64,000 bases of DNA, taken from contig NC_082715.1 in NCBI RefSeq assembly GCF_030144855.1, positions 145,948,001 through 146,012,000 of the forward strand, read 5' to 3'. The position numbers and the translations under genes were made by a program. Numbering within the stretch: position 1 is the first letter of the stretch; every line of letters starts with the position of its first letter. This DNA is from Hypanus sabinus. Taxonomy: Eukaryota. The notes under the pieces were generated by a model. It saw only the letters and a program-made list of their open reading frames with translations. It had not been told where the DNA came from and ran no database searches. Positions 24,300 through 36,965 of the stretch are shown piece after piece.

Positions 24300-26740
24300 A
24301 ACACACACAAAATGCTGGTGGAATACAGCAGGCCAGGCGGCATCTATAGGGAGAAGTGCTGTCGACGTTTCAGGCCAAGACCCTTCATCAGGACTAAAGA
24401 AGGAGGAGGCAGGGGTCCTATAAAGAAGGTGGGGGGAGGGTGGAAAACCAGTCAGAGGAAAGATCAAGGGGTGGGGGAGGGGAAGCAGGGAGGGGATAGG
24501 CAGGAGAGGTGAAGAAGGAATCTAAGGGGAAAGCACTATGGGTAGTAGAAGAAGGCAGAGCCATGAGAGGTGATAGGCAGCTAGAAGAGGAGACAGAGTG
24601 AAGGTGGGATGGGGGAAAGGAGAGGGAGGAAGTTACCGGAAGTTGGAGAATTCGATGTTCATGCCAAGGGGCTGGAGACTACCTAGACGGTATATGAGAT
24701 GTTGTTCCTCCAACCGAAGTTTGGCCTCATCATGGCAGTAGAGGAGGCCATGTAAGGACATATCCGAATGGGAATGTGAAGGAGAGTTGAAGTGAGTGGC
24801 AACCGGGAGATCCTGTCTGTTGTGGCGGACGGAGCAGAGGTGCTCGACGAAGCGGTCCCCCAATCTGCATCGGGTCTTGCCAATGTAGAGGAGGCCGCAC
24901 CGGGAGCACAGGATGCAATAGATGACCCCAACAGACTCACAAGTGAAGTGTTGCGTCACCTGGAAGGACTGTTTGGGGCCCTGAATGGTGGTAAGAGAGG
25001 AGGTGTAGGGACAGGTGTGGTAATTAATGCTTGCAGCGATGGGCCAGGTGGGAGATCTGTGGGGAGGGACGTGTGGAGGAACGATTCCTGTGAAAAGCAG
25101 AGAGGGGTAGAGAGGGAAAGATGTCCTTAGTGGTGGGGTCCTGTTGAAAGTGGTGGAAGTTGCGGAGGATAATATACTGAATCCGGAGGCTGGTGGGGTG
25201 ATAGGTGAGGACAAGAGGAACACGGTCCCTGTTGTGGTGACGAGAGGATGGGGTGAGGGACAAAGTGCAGGAAATGGAGGAGATGCGGGTGAGGGCATCA
25301 TTGATGACGACAGAAGGGAAACCACAATTCTTAAAGAAAGAGGACATTTGGGATGTCCTGGAACGGAAAGCATCATCCTTGGAGCAGATGCAGTAGAGAC
25401 GGAGGAACTGGGAATAGGGAATAGAATTGTTGCATTGGGCAGGGTGGGAAGAGGTATAGTCAAGGTAGTTATGGGAGTCAGTGGGTTTATAGAAGATGTC
25501 AGTGGACAGTCTATCTCCAGAGATGGAGACAGAGAGATCGAGAAAGGGGAGAGAAGTGTCCGAGATGGACCAAGTGAATTTGAGGGCTGGGTGAAAGTTA
25601 GAGGCAAAGTCGATGAAATTGACGAGCTCAGCATGGGTGCAGGAAGCAGCACCAATGTAGTCGTCAATGTATCGAAGGAAAATTGGGGAGGAGTACCAGT
25701 ATAGATTTGGAGCATAGACTGTTCCACATAACCCTTGAAGAGGCAGGCATAGCTAGGGCCCATGCGAGTGCACCCTTGGTCTGAAGAAAGTGGGAAGAGC
25801 CAAAAGAGCAGTTATTAAGTGTGAGTACCAGTTCCGCCAACCTGAGGAGTGTGGTGGTGTTGGGGAACTGGTGAGGTCTATTGTCCAGAAAGTAGCGGAG
25901 GGCTTTGAGGCCTTCTTGATGGGGAATTGAAGTGTATAAGGATTGGATATCCATGGTGAAAGTGAAGTGGTCGGGACTGGGGAACTGGAAGTCCCCGGAT
26001 GTAGGTAGGGAGGGACTGAACTATGGGTGACATAATGGAGTCGAGGTAGGTAGATACAAGTTCGGTGGGACAGGAGCAGGCCAAAACTATAGGCCTACCA
26101 GGACAGTCAGGCTTATGGATCTTGGGGAGGAGGTAAAAGCGAGCAGTGCGGGGTGTGGGAATAATGAGTTTTTTGGCTGAGGATGGAAAGTCTCTGGAGT
26201 TCATAAGAGCAGTGATAGTACGGGAGACAATAGTTTGATGATTTTTGGTTGGGTCCTGTTCCAGGGGTAAGTAAGAGGAGGTGTCAGAGAGCTGCCATTT
26301 GGCCTCAGTGAAGTAGAGGTCCGTCTGCCAGACTACTATGGCAACACCTTTGTCTGCGGATTTGAAGGTGAGGTTAGGATTAGTGCAGAGAAAGTGGAGG
26401 GCAGTGCGTTCAGAGGGAGTGAGGTTGGAACAGGAGAGAGGAGTGGTGAAGTTGAGACGGTTGATGTCTCGGTGACAGTTGGAGATGAAAAGATTGAGTG
26501 CAGATAGAAGGCCCGGTGGGGGTGTCCAGGAGGAGGAGGAGGAGGGTTGAAGACGGGAGAAGGGGTCATCAATTAGGGGAGGAGAATCCTTGTTAAAGTA
26601 GTAGGCTCGGAGAAGTAAGCGACGGAAGAAGAGTTCAGCGTCATGCCGGGCACAGAACTCACTGAGGTGTGGACGGAGGGGGATAAAAGTGAGGCCCTTA
26701 CTGAGCACAGAACGCTCTGCCTCAGAGATGGGAAGAACAT
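24300..26740 (-). mobile_element. Penelope-like retroelement (RT + GIY-YIG), 5'-truncated, few frameshifts
   Basis: FYLLPKIHKPDCPGRPIV, MDIQSLYTSIP and MGPSYACLF RT motifs; VIYCILCSRCGLLYIGKTR..RFVEH GIY-YIG; pLTR carrying a hammerhead. Confidence 0.95.
24361..24394 (-). ncRNA. Minimal type I hammerhead ribozyme of the Penelope pLTR
   Basis: GTC-CTGATGA-AGGGTCTTGGCCT-GAAA-CGTC-GAC: both core boxes, stem I gtc/gac and palindromic ACGT stem III. Confidence 0.7.
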
Positions 26741-28114
26741 TGTAACTTTCCTCAACGACTATCATCCACATATCCACTGTGATGAAGTGCTTTGAGAGGT
26801 TGTTGATGAAATATATCCGCTCCAATTTGCTGACTGGCACAACTCAGCCCTGGAACATCTGAACAATGAAGATGAATACATCGCGATGCTCTGCATTGAT
26901 TGTATCTCAGCATTCAACACTATCATCTTCTCCAAGCTAATCAATAAGCTCCAAGACTTAGGCCTCAGTACCTCTTTGTGCAACTGGATCCTTAATTTCC
27001 TCACCTGCAGATTCTAACCAGTTTGGATTTGGCAGCAACATCTCCTCCACAATCACTATCTGGACAGGTTCTTTGTGAGGTTGTGTGCTTAGCCCCTGCT
27101 CTACTTGCTTTACTGTATACTTATGACTGTGAGGCAAAGTACAGATCTAATGCCATATTTAAGTTTGCTGGCGACACCACTGTTGCTGGCTGAATCAAAG
27201 GTGGTGATATTTAGGAGGGAAATTAAAAATCTGTTTGAATGATTAAAGAACAACCTCTCACTCCATGTCAGCAAAAACCAAAGAAATAATTATTATCTAC
27301 AGGAGGAAGAAACGGGAAGACCATGAGTCAGCCCTCATTAGGGGATCAGAGGAGGAGAGGGTGAGTAACTTTAAACACATTAATGCTATGATGTCAGAGG
27401 ATTTGTCCTGGGACCAGAATGTAAGTGACATTGCACAGAAGGCATGGCAGCACCTCTACTTTCTTATAAGTTTGTGAATATTTGGCATGTCATCTAAAAC
27501 CTTGACAAACTTCTATAGATGCACAGTGGAGAATATACAAACAGGTTGCATCACAGCCTACGAGGCAACCAGGCTCTTGAATGGAAAATCTGTTAGAAAG
27601 TACATCTACGTGGAGCATTGCCACAAGAAAGCAGCATCCATCAACAAGACCACCCACCATCCAGACCATGTTCTCTACTCTTTGCTGCACCAGGAAGGAG
27701 GTAGTGGAGCCTCTGGTCCCACACCATCAGGTTCAGGAACAGTTCTTACCCTGTAACCATCAGGCTTCTGGATAATATCACTTAACCCAACATTGATCCT
27801 ACAACGTATGGACTCACTTTCAATGACTCTACAACTAAGTATTATTTATTGACTTATTGTTCTTTTTATATTTGTACAGTTTGTTTTCTTTTGCATGCGG
27901 TCAGTCTTATTTGTGCACAGATTTTTAAAAACTAATTCTTATTTCTTTCTTTCTTCTGCTTCGAATGCCTGCAAGAAAAATAAACTCAGGGTAGTATACA
28001 ATGAATATACTTGCTTTGATAATAAATTTACTTTGACCTATCACAGATTTGGCGGGCAAAAGAAAAATGGAAACATGGTGGAGCATCAGGAAGGGATGGC
28101 TACAAAATTCTTCT

Positions 28115-29480
28115 CGCAGGAGCCTTATGTCTGTGGTGGGAAAGCTGTTGGAAAAGATTCTTAGGGATAGGATCTATGGGCATTTAGAGAATCATGGTCT
28201 GATCAGGGACAGTCAGCATGGCTTTGTGAAGGGCAGATCGTGCCTAACAAGCCTGATAGAGTTCCTTGAGGAGGTGACCAGGCATATAGATGAGGGTAGT
28301 GCAATGGATGTGATCTACATGGATTTTAGTAAGGCATTTGACAAGGTACCATACGGTAGGCTTATTCAGAAAGTCAGAAGGCATGGGATCCAGGGAAGTT
28401 TGGCCAGGTGGATTCAGAAAGCAGAGTGTTGTGGTGGAGGGAGTACATTCGGATTGGAGGGTTGTGACTAGTGGTATCCCACAAAGATCAGTTCTGGGAC
28501 TTCTACTTTTCGTGATTTTTACTAATGATCTGGATGTGGGGGTAGAAGGGTGGGTTGGCAAGTTTGCAGATGACACAAAGGTTGGTGGTGTTGTGGATAG
28601 TGTAGAGGATTGTCGAAGATTGCAGAGAGACATTGATAGGATTAAGAAGTGGGCTGAGAAGTGGCTGATGGAGTTTAACCCAGAGAAGTGTGAGGTGGTA
28701 CACTTTGGAAGGACAAACTCAGAGGCACAGTACAAAGTAAATGGCAGGATACTTGGTAGTGTGGAGGAGCAGAGGGATCTGGGGGTACATGTCCACAGAT
28801 CCCTGAAAGTTGCCTCACAGGTAGATAGGGTGGTTAAGAAAGCTTATGGGGTGTTAGCTTTCATAAGTCAAGGGGTAGAGTTTAAGAGTCACAAGGTGAC
28901 TCAAGATGACTTGAGTCTGGTGACTCACAAGGTGAGTCACAAGATGCAGCTCTATAAAACTCTGGTTAGGCCACACTTGGAGTACCGTGTCCAGTTCTGG
29001 TCGCCTCACTATAGGAAGGATGTGGAAGAATTGGAAAGGGTACAGAGGAGATCTGCTAGGACGCTGCTTGGTTTAGAGTATGGATTATGTTCAGAGATTA
29101 AGGGAGCTCGGGCTTTACTGTCTGGAGAGAAGGAGGATGAGATGCGACATGATAGAGGGATACAAGATATTAAGAGGAATAGACAGAGTGGACAGCCAGC
29201 GCCTCTTCCCCAGGGCACCACAGCTCAAAACAAGAGAACATGGCCTTAAGGTAAGGGGAGGGAAGTTCAAGGGGGATATTAGAGGAAGGTTTTTCACTCA
29301 GAGAGTGGTTGTTGCATGGAATGCACTGCCTGAGTCAGATACACTAGTGAAATTTAAGAGACTACTAGACTGGCATATGGGGGAATTTAAGGTGGGGGGG
29401 GTTATATGGGAGGCAGGGTTTAAGGGTCGGCACAACATTGTGGACCGAAGGGCCTGTACTGTGCTGTACCCTATGTTCTA
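28115..29480 (+). mobile_element. Relatively young CR1 LINE (RT to 3' end)
   Basis: QHGFVKGRSCLTSL, DFSKAFDKV, KFADDTK and RPHLEY..QFWSPHYRKD; CTATGTTCTAT tail; ends about 100 bp from the C22orf39 CCAAT boxes. Confidence 0.93.
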
Positions 29481-29559
29481 TAAACAACGACAAACTGCTT
29501 CCTTCTGAACTCCACCTAATCTGATATAAAACGTGGAAATATTAATCAGTACCGACTCC

Positions 29560-29792
29560 TCGCACTGCCCACGATCGCCGGCTCACAGCCAATCAGCGCG
29601 ATGCGACCCGGTGAAACCACGCCCTCCCACTGCACCGATTGGCTGAACGTTGATATGAATAGGCACATCTATTCCAAGTCGGGCTGAACACTGACGTTTC
29701 AGTGTGGAGGCGGGGCTTCCGTCATATGGACAACGCTGATTGGTCAGGCCTCGTTTGGCTGCCGGAGCGATGTCCTGGTGACGGGGACGAGG
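29560..29792 (+). promoter_or_regulatory. C22orf39 CpG-island promoter / 5'UTR
   Basis: CpG-rich; CCAAT boxes at 29589, 29638(-) and 29739(-); GC box at 29709; ETS core CTTCCG at 29716. Confidence 0.75.
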
Positions 29793-29816
29793 ATGGCGAA
29801 TGTTGGGTTGTGGAGG
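29793..29816 (+). CDS. C22orf39: C22orf39 (UPF0545/PANTS) coding exon 1, MANVGLWR
   Basis: ggATGG start in a CpG island; strong AGG|gtgagt donor, phase 0; resembles the human N-terminus MADGSGWQ. Confidence 0.85.
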
Positions 29817-30327
29817 GTGAGTGTGGGCCCGGGGCTGTACCGTCTGGGGTTGCAGTACAGATCGCAGCCTTACACCCCGTGGCTTTTGCTTTACTTGGCG
29901 TTAACTTGAAATTATGTGACTCCTCCACAAACGCAAATTACCACTGTAAGAATGGGTCCGTGGTTTTGGTGGAAACATTGGTCTGTTTTGGGTCTTGATC
30001 ACTTTCTTTCCAGATGGATTTGCTTCTGGATTAGAGGGTATGTACTATCAGGAGAGGTTAATGTAATAATGTATGTATCATCAAAAGCATGGACAAATAG
30101 ACAGCCTGTATCTTCATGCTAGGGTCGAAATGTCTCCTACTGGAAAGCATGAACTTAAGATGGGTGGGGGGGGGGGTGTTAGTTCGAAGGGCATGTTCTA
30201 GGCGGGTACTTTTTTACAGAGGTAGTGGTGGGTGTCTAGAATGCGCCTGCCAGAGATGGAGGTAGATGCGATGGAGGCGTTTAAGAGGCTCATGAATATG
30301 CAGAACATGAGGATGGAGAGAGAGAGA

Positions 30328-31720
30328 GTCAGCTCAGCATTCAATACCATCATCCTCTCTAAACTAATAAATAAGCTCCAAGACCTTGGCCTCAATACCT
30401 CCTTGTGCAATTGGATCCTCGATTTCCTCACTTGCAGACCTCAGTCAGTTCAGATTGGCAACAACATTTCCTACACGATTTCCCTCACCACAGGTGCACC
30501 ACAAGGTTGCGTGCTTAGCTCCCTGTTCTACTCGTTTTACACAAATGACAGTGTGGCCAAGTCCAGCTCCAATGCCCATTTAAGTTTGCTAGTAACACCA
30601 CTGTTGTAGGCTGAATCAAAGGTGGTGATAGGGGGAGATTGAAAATCTGGCTGAGTGGTGCCACAACAATAGCCTCTTATTTGATATCAGCCGAATCAGG
30701 GAGTTGATTATTGACATCAGGAGGATGAAACCAGAGGTCCATGAGACAGTCCTCATTGGGGGATCAGAGGTGGAGAGGATTACCAACTTTAAATTCCTTG
30801 GTGTTATTATTTCGGAGGACCTGCCTGAGCCCAGCACGGCAGCACCTCTAGTTCTTCAGGATTTTGTGGATATTCAGTATGCAACCTAAAACTTTGACAA
30901 ACTTCTCTGGCTGTGTTACAGTCTGGTATGGGTCTTGTTTTTTTTGTGTGTGGGAGAGGGGATTGTAGTGAGGGGAGGGGTTGATGAGCCTGTTCTGTTT
31001 TTGTTCATATTTTGTGCAGGGAGGAGGTATTCTGGGGATCAGTGATCGTTCTGCCATGCTTTTCTTTCCTGGTTTCATGGCTATCTGGAGAAGGAGAGTT
31101 TCAGAGTTGTATACTTTGATAATACATGAACCTTTGAACATTTTTGGAAATACCAATGCCCTTGAATGGAAAATCCTACAAAAACTAGTGGATAAGGCCC
31201 AGTCCATCATGGGTAAAGCCCTCCCAACCTTTAAGCACATCTACATGAAATGCTGTTGCAGGAAAGCAGTTCCCATCATATGGGACACCCCCCCACCCCA
31301 CCGCCACCAGGATACGCCCTCTTCTTGCTTCTGCCATCGGAAAGAAGGTATAGAAGCCTCACATCATCAGGTTCCAGAACAGTGATTACCCCTCAACCAT
31401 CAGGTTCTTGAACCAATGGAGTAACTTTATTTGCCCATTCATTCAGATGTTCCCACAACACTTTTGAGGACTATTCATCTCATGTTTTTGATCTTTATTG
31501 TCATTTATTTATTATTATTATTACACTCTCTTTTTTCATATTTGCGCAGTTCGTTGTCTTCTACTCTCTGGTTGAATGTCCAAGATGGGCGGTCTTTTGT
31601 TAATTCTGTTATTATTATTATTATTATTATAGATTTATTGAGAATGACCACGAGAAAATGAATGTCAGGTTTGTATATGGTAACATTTATGTGCTTTGAT
31701 AATAAATTTACTTTGAATTT
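30328..31720 (+). mobile_element. Rex1/Babar LINE 3' part, in C22orf39 intron 1
   Basis: [34 protein letters not shown]. Confidence 0.85.
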
Positions 31721-32029
31721 TGGATGTGGTCCATGTTGAGAAGAAGGGATTAGTTGTCAATAGCTTAGCCAGTCTGACATAAGCTGGCCTGTTCCCGTGC
31801 TAAAATGAATGCATGAGGTATATGAAATATAATTTCAGGGCACCACCAAGAAGGCGACTTGCATGACCATCTCTGATGATACCATCAAATCCTCCATTTC
31901 AGTCTGCTATGGCTGAGAACCACAGCTACTGTACGTCTAAGTTTTGTACAGTTAGTAATGCTGTTTTAATGCGATTAAGACTCTATCGCTACTTTTAATC
32001 AACGGAATTCTTACGGATTTTGGTTGCTG

Positions 32030-34512
32030 CCACGATTCCTGAGAAGACAGTGAAAGAGAGGATGCCAACCTGGTTTAAAAGTTCACTTAAGAAAGTGCAG
32101 CTTTCGACTCCCAACACAGACCCTTGCTGGCGAATGTACAGACTTTGGTAAATAAAACAGAAGATCTCTGAGCCAGAGCGCTGCATCAGAGGAACACTAG
32201 GAACACTTGTGCCTTCTGTTTCACAGAATCTTAGTTAACCCCTTCCGTTCTGGATGCAGCAATTCAGATAGATGGGTTCACAATATACCGCCAAGATAAG
32301 ACTGCTGAGTCTTTCAAAGGTAGAGGAGGAGGAGGAGGAGGAGTATGCTTTATGATCAACTCCTCGTGGTGTACAAACATGGTGGTGATGTCCTAGTCCT
32401 ATTCAGCTGACCTGGAACACCTCGCGATCAATTGTCATCCATTTTATCTGCCACGGGCGACTTCAGTGATCATCTTGGTAGCCGTATACATCCCACCCCA
32501 GGCCAGTGTGAAACAGGCTCTAGATGAACTGAGCAATGTGCTCAACAGGTTTGAAACAGCACATCCTGTTGCCTTCCCCATCGTTCTGGGGGATTTTAAA
32601 CCTGCCAGCTTGAAAAAGGCTCTAAATAATTATTACCAACTAATCACTTACAGTACCAGAGGAACCAACACACTGGACAGCTGTTACACCACCATCATGA
32701 GTGCTTACTGTGCTCGCCCATGCCCACACTTTGGAAAATCTGATCACTTGGCTGTACTTCTACTCCCTGGGTATAGGCAGAGTCTGTAGAGGACAAGGGA
32801 GGTGGAGGAGTGCCTACAGGTCTGCTTTGAGTCGGTGGACTGGACTGTATTCAGGGATTCATCTTCGAGTCTGAATAAGTACGTCACAGCTGTAACAGAC
32901 TTCATTAAAACCTGTGTGGATGATTGTGTGCCTACAAGAACTTACTGTACATTCCCAAATCAAAAACTGTGGCTGTGTCTTGGAGGCTGATGTCAGGCTG
33001 TCTTTCAAGAGGGTGAACCCTCGCAAGGGGACAGAGCCCAATGGAGTACCTGGTAAGGCTCTAAAACCTGTGCCAACCAACTGGCGGGGGTGTTCAAAGA
33101 CATTTTCAATTTCTCATTGTTACAGTTGGAAGTTCCCACCTGCTTCAAAAGGACAGCAATTATACCAGTGTCCAAGAAGAGCAGGGAGAGCTGCCTTAAC
33201 TATCATCCAGTAGTACTTATGTGTAAGTTGATGAAATGCTTTGAGAGGTTGGTCGTGGCCAGGATGAACTCCTGCCTCAGCAAGGAACTGGACCCACTGC
33301 AATTTGCCTATTGCCACAATAGGTCTACAGTGAACGTGATCTCACTGGCTCTCCACAAGGCCTTGAATCACTTGGACAATACAAATGTCAGGATGCTGGT
33401 AATTGACTACAGCTCAGTGTTTAACATGGTTATTCCAGCAGTTATGATCAGAAAGCTCCAGAACCTGGGTCTCTGCTTCCCTCTGCAACTGGATCCTTGA
33501 CTTCCTAACCAGAAGACTACAACCTGTGCGGATTGGAAATGACATTTTCACCTCACTGACAATCAATACTGGCGCACTTCAGAGATGTGTGCTTATCCCA
33601 CTACTCTACTCTCTCAAGACCCCTGAATGCGTGGCTAGGCACAGCTCAAATGCCATCTATAAATTTGCTGGTGATACAACCATTGTTGGCAGAATCTCAG
33701 ATGGAGACCAGAGGGCGTACAGGAGTGAGATTTACCAGCTAGTTGAGTGGTGTCGCAGCAACACCCTTGTACTCAATGTCAGTAAGACCAAAGAACTGAC
33801 TGCAGACTTCAGAAAGGATAAGATGCAGGAATACACAAATTGTCACGGAGGGATCAGAAGTGGAAAGAGAGAGCAGTTTCAAGTTCCTGGTGTCAATATC
33901 TCTGTAAAAAAATCCTGCACCCAACATGTCAATGCAGCTACAATTAAGGCATGACTGCAGATATATTTCGTTAGGAGTCTGAAGAGATTTGGTATGTCAC
34001 CTAAAACACTCGCAAATTTCTACAGATGTACTGTGGAGAGCATTCTAACTGGCTGCATCACTGTATGGGGGGGGTGGCTACCGCACAGGATGAAAGTAAG
34101 CTGCAGAGAGTTGTAAACTTAGTCCGCTCCATCATGGGCATTAACCTCCGTAGTATCCAGGACGCCTTCAAAGAGCGAAGCCTCAGAAAGGCGGTGTCCG
34201 TCATGAAGGATCCCCGTCACCCAGGACATGCCCTCTTCTCATTGCTCCATCAGGAAGGAGGTACAGGAACCTGAAGGCACACATTCAACGATTCCGAAAC
34301 AGCTTTTTCCCCTCTGCCATCCTGTTTCTGAATGGACATTGAATCCATGAACACTACCTCTCTACTTCTTTATTGATATTTTTGCACTACTTATTTGATT
34401 TATATATAATTGCTCAGTACTTTTTTGTATTACTATTATTAAATTGTACTGCTGCTGCAAAGTTAGCAAATTTTATGACATATGCCGGTGATAAACCTGA
34501 TTCTGATTCTGA
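32030..34512 (+). mobile_element. Rex1/Babar LINE with APE + RT, internally deleted and degenerate
   Basis: VAVYIPP, GDF, TRG.NTLD and GKSDH (APE); DPLQFAY, DYSS.FN and KFAGDTT (RT); (TTCTGA)n tail. Confidence 0.9.
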
Positions 34513-34539
34513 AGATAGATGATCTTGTTAGAAGTTGCC

Positions 34540-36965
34540 AGGCATCATGATGTGGGCATCACTGAGTCATGATTGCAATAAGATCATAACTGGGAGCTTA
34601 ACATCCAAGGATCCACATCACATTGAAAGGACAGGCAGGTGGGCAGAGGATGTGGGGTGGCTCTGTTGCTTAAAAAGAATTCAAATCTTGGAGAGAAACG
34701 ACATAGGATCAAAAGATGTAGAATAATTGTGGGTAGAGACAAGAAACAGCAAGTGTGAAAAAACCCTGATGATTTACAGGCCTGCAAACAGTAGCCAGGA
34801 TGTGGGCTAAATTATAAAGGGAGATAGAAAAGCATGTAAAAGGAACAGTATTAGGGAATTCAATGTGCAGGTAGTTTGGGATAATTAGTTTGGTGCTGAA
34901 TTGAGAGAGGGAATTTGTAGGATAGAATTCACCCTGCAGTTGAGAAGGAGAAGATAAAATCAGATGTATCAGTATTACAGTGGAACAAAGGGAACTACAG
35001 GTGCATGAGAGAGGAGTTGGCAAGTGTTGATTGTAAGGGGACACTAGCAGGGATGATAGCAGAGCAGCAGTGGCTGGAGTTTCTGGGAGAAAATCAGAAG
35101 ACGCAGGAGTGGTTCATCCCGAAGAAGAAGAAATATTTTAAAGAGGCTGAGAAGGGAAGTTAAAGAATAGAAGCAAAAGAGAGAGCATACAATAGCAAAA
35201 AAAAACTAGTGGGAAGCTAAAGGATTGAGAAGGTTTAAACACCAGTGGAAGGCAACTAAAAAGCAACAAGATGAAAGATGGAATATGAAGATAGCTAGCC
35301 AATAATATAAAAGAGGATACCAAAAGTTTAGTTTTTCAAAACAATTGCAAATAAAAGAGAGGCAAATGTGGAAATTGAACTGCTAAAGAGGTAGTAACAG
35401 GGACAAAGGAATGGCGGATAAACTGAATGACTATTCTGCGTCAGTCTTCACTGTGGGCGACACAAGCAGAATGTCGAAAATTCAAGATCAGGGAACAGAA
35501 GTGAGTTAATTGTTATTACTAAGGAGAAGATGCTGAAAGGCCTGAAGGTTAATAAGTCACCTGTACTAGATATACTATGTTCCAGCATTCTGAAGGAGGT
35601 AGCTGAAGAGATTGTGGAGGCATTAGTAGTGATCTTTCAACTATCACTCGATTCTTGGATGCTTGCAGAGGACTGGAAAATTGCAAATATCACTGCACTC
35701 TTTAAGAAGGGAGGGTGACAAAAGACAGGAAATTATATGGCTGTTCGCCTGACTTTAGAGGTTGGCAAGATATTGGAGTCCATTGTTAAGGATGAGGTTT
35801 TGGGGTATTTGGAGACACGTGGTGGAATAGGCTGAAGTCAGCATGGTTTTATTAAGAGGAAATCTTGCCTGAAAAATTTGTTGGCATTCTTTGAGGAAAT
35901 GACAGGCAGGATAGACAAAGGAAAGTCAGTGGTTGTTGTTTTAACGTAAATTTTCAGAAAGCCTTTGACAAGGTGACACACTTTAAGTTGTTAAACAAGC
36001 TAAGAGCCCATGATATTACAGGAAAGATACTAGCATGGACAGAAGATTGGCTGATTGGCAGGAAGCAAAGAGTGAGAATAAAGGGGGATGTTTTTGGTGG
36101 CTGCCAATGACTAATGGCCTTCTGCAGGGTTCAATGTTTGGTCCACTACTTTTCAAATTGAATGTTAATGATCTGGTAACGGAATTGATGACTTTGTGGC
36201 AAAGTTTGTGGATGGTGCAAAGGTGGGTTGAGGGACAGGTAGTGTTAAGGAAGCAGGGAGTCTGCTGAAGGGATAGGCCAGATTGGGAGAATGGGCAAGG
36301 AAGTGGTAGCTAGAATACACTGTAGGGAAGTGTATAGTCATGAATTCTGGTAGCAGGACTGTTTTTCAAACAGGGAGAAAATTCAGGAATTGGGGGTGTA
36401 AAGGAATTTGGAAGTCCCAGTGCAGGATTCCATAAAGCTTAACATGCAGATTGATTTGATAGTAAGGAAGACAAGTGCAATGTTAACATTAATTTCCAGA
36501 GAACTAGAATATAAAACCAAGGATGTACTGCTGAGCCTTTCTAAGGCATTGGTCAGTACACATTTGGACTATTGTTAGCAGTTTTGGGCCCCTTATCAGA
36601 ATAACTATGTGCTGGTGTTGGACAGGGTCCAGAGGAGGTTTATGAGAATGAATGGGTTAATGTATGAAGAGCATTTGATAACTTAGAATAAAAGGATGTT
36701 CCTTTATAACAGTGAGGAGGAGGAAGTTTGTAAGCCAGAAGGTGCTGAATTTGTTGAATTTATTGCCACAGATGACTGTGGAGACCAAGTTATTGGGTAT
36801 ATTTTAAGTGGAGGTTTATAGTTTCTTGATTAATAAGAGCGTCAAAGTTTACAGGGAGAAGGCAGGAGAATGGGGTTGAGAAAAAAAATAATCAGCTATG
36901 ATTGAATAGCAGAGCGGACTCAATAGGCTGAATGGCTTACTTCTGCCCCAATGTCTTATGGTCAT
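34540..36965 (+). mobile_element. CR1 LINE, long degenerate copy
   Basis: LKGLKVNKSP..D and DWKIANITALFKKG; QHGF.KRKSCL; CR1 3'UTR. Confidence 0.85.

Larger units (their letters stand above)
23690..28035 (+). mobile_element. Rex1/Babar LINE, degenerate, interrupted by a Penelope element
   Basis: KSDHLAVLL..AYRQRLK (endonuclease end) to the left; MKCFERL, SAFNTI and KFA.DTT RT motifs to the right; AATAAATTTACTTTGA tail. Confidence 0.8.

Noticed and set aside
24792-25704. Plus-strand ORFs of 112 and 186 aa
   Set aside because: Antisense shadows of the Penelope coding region.
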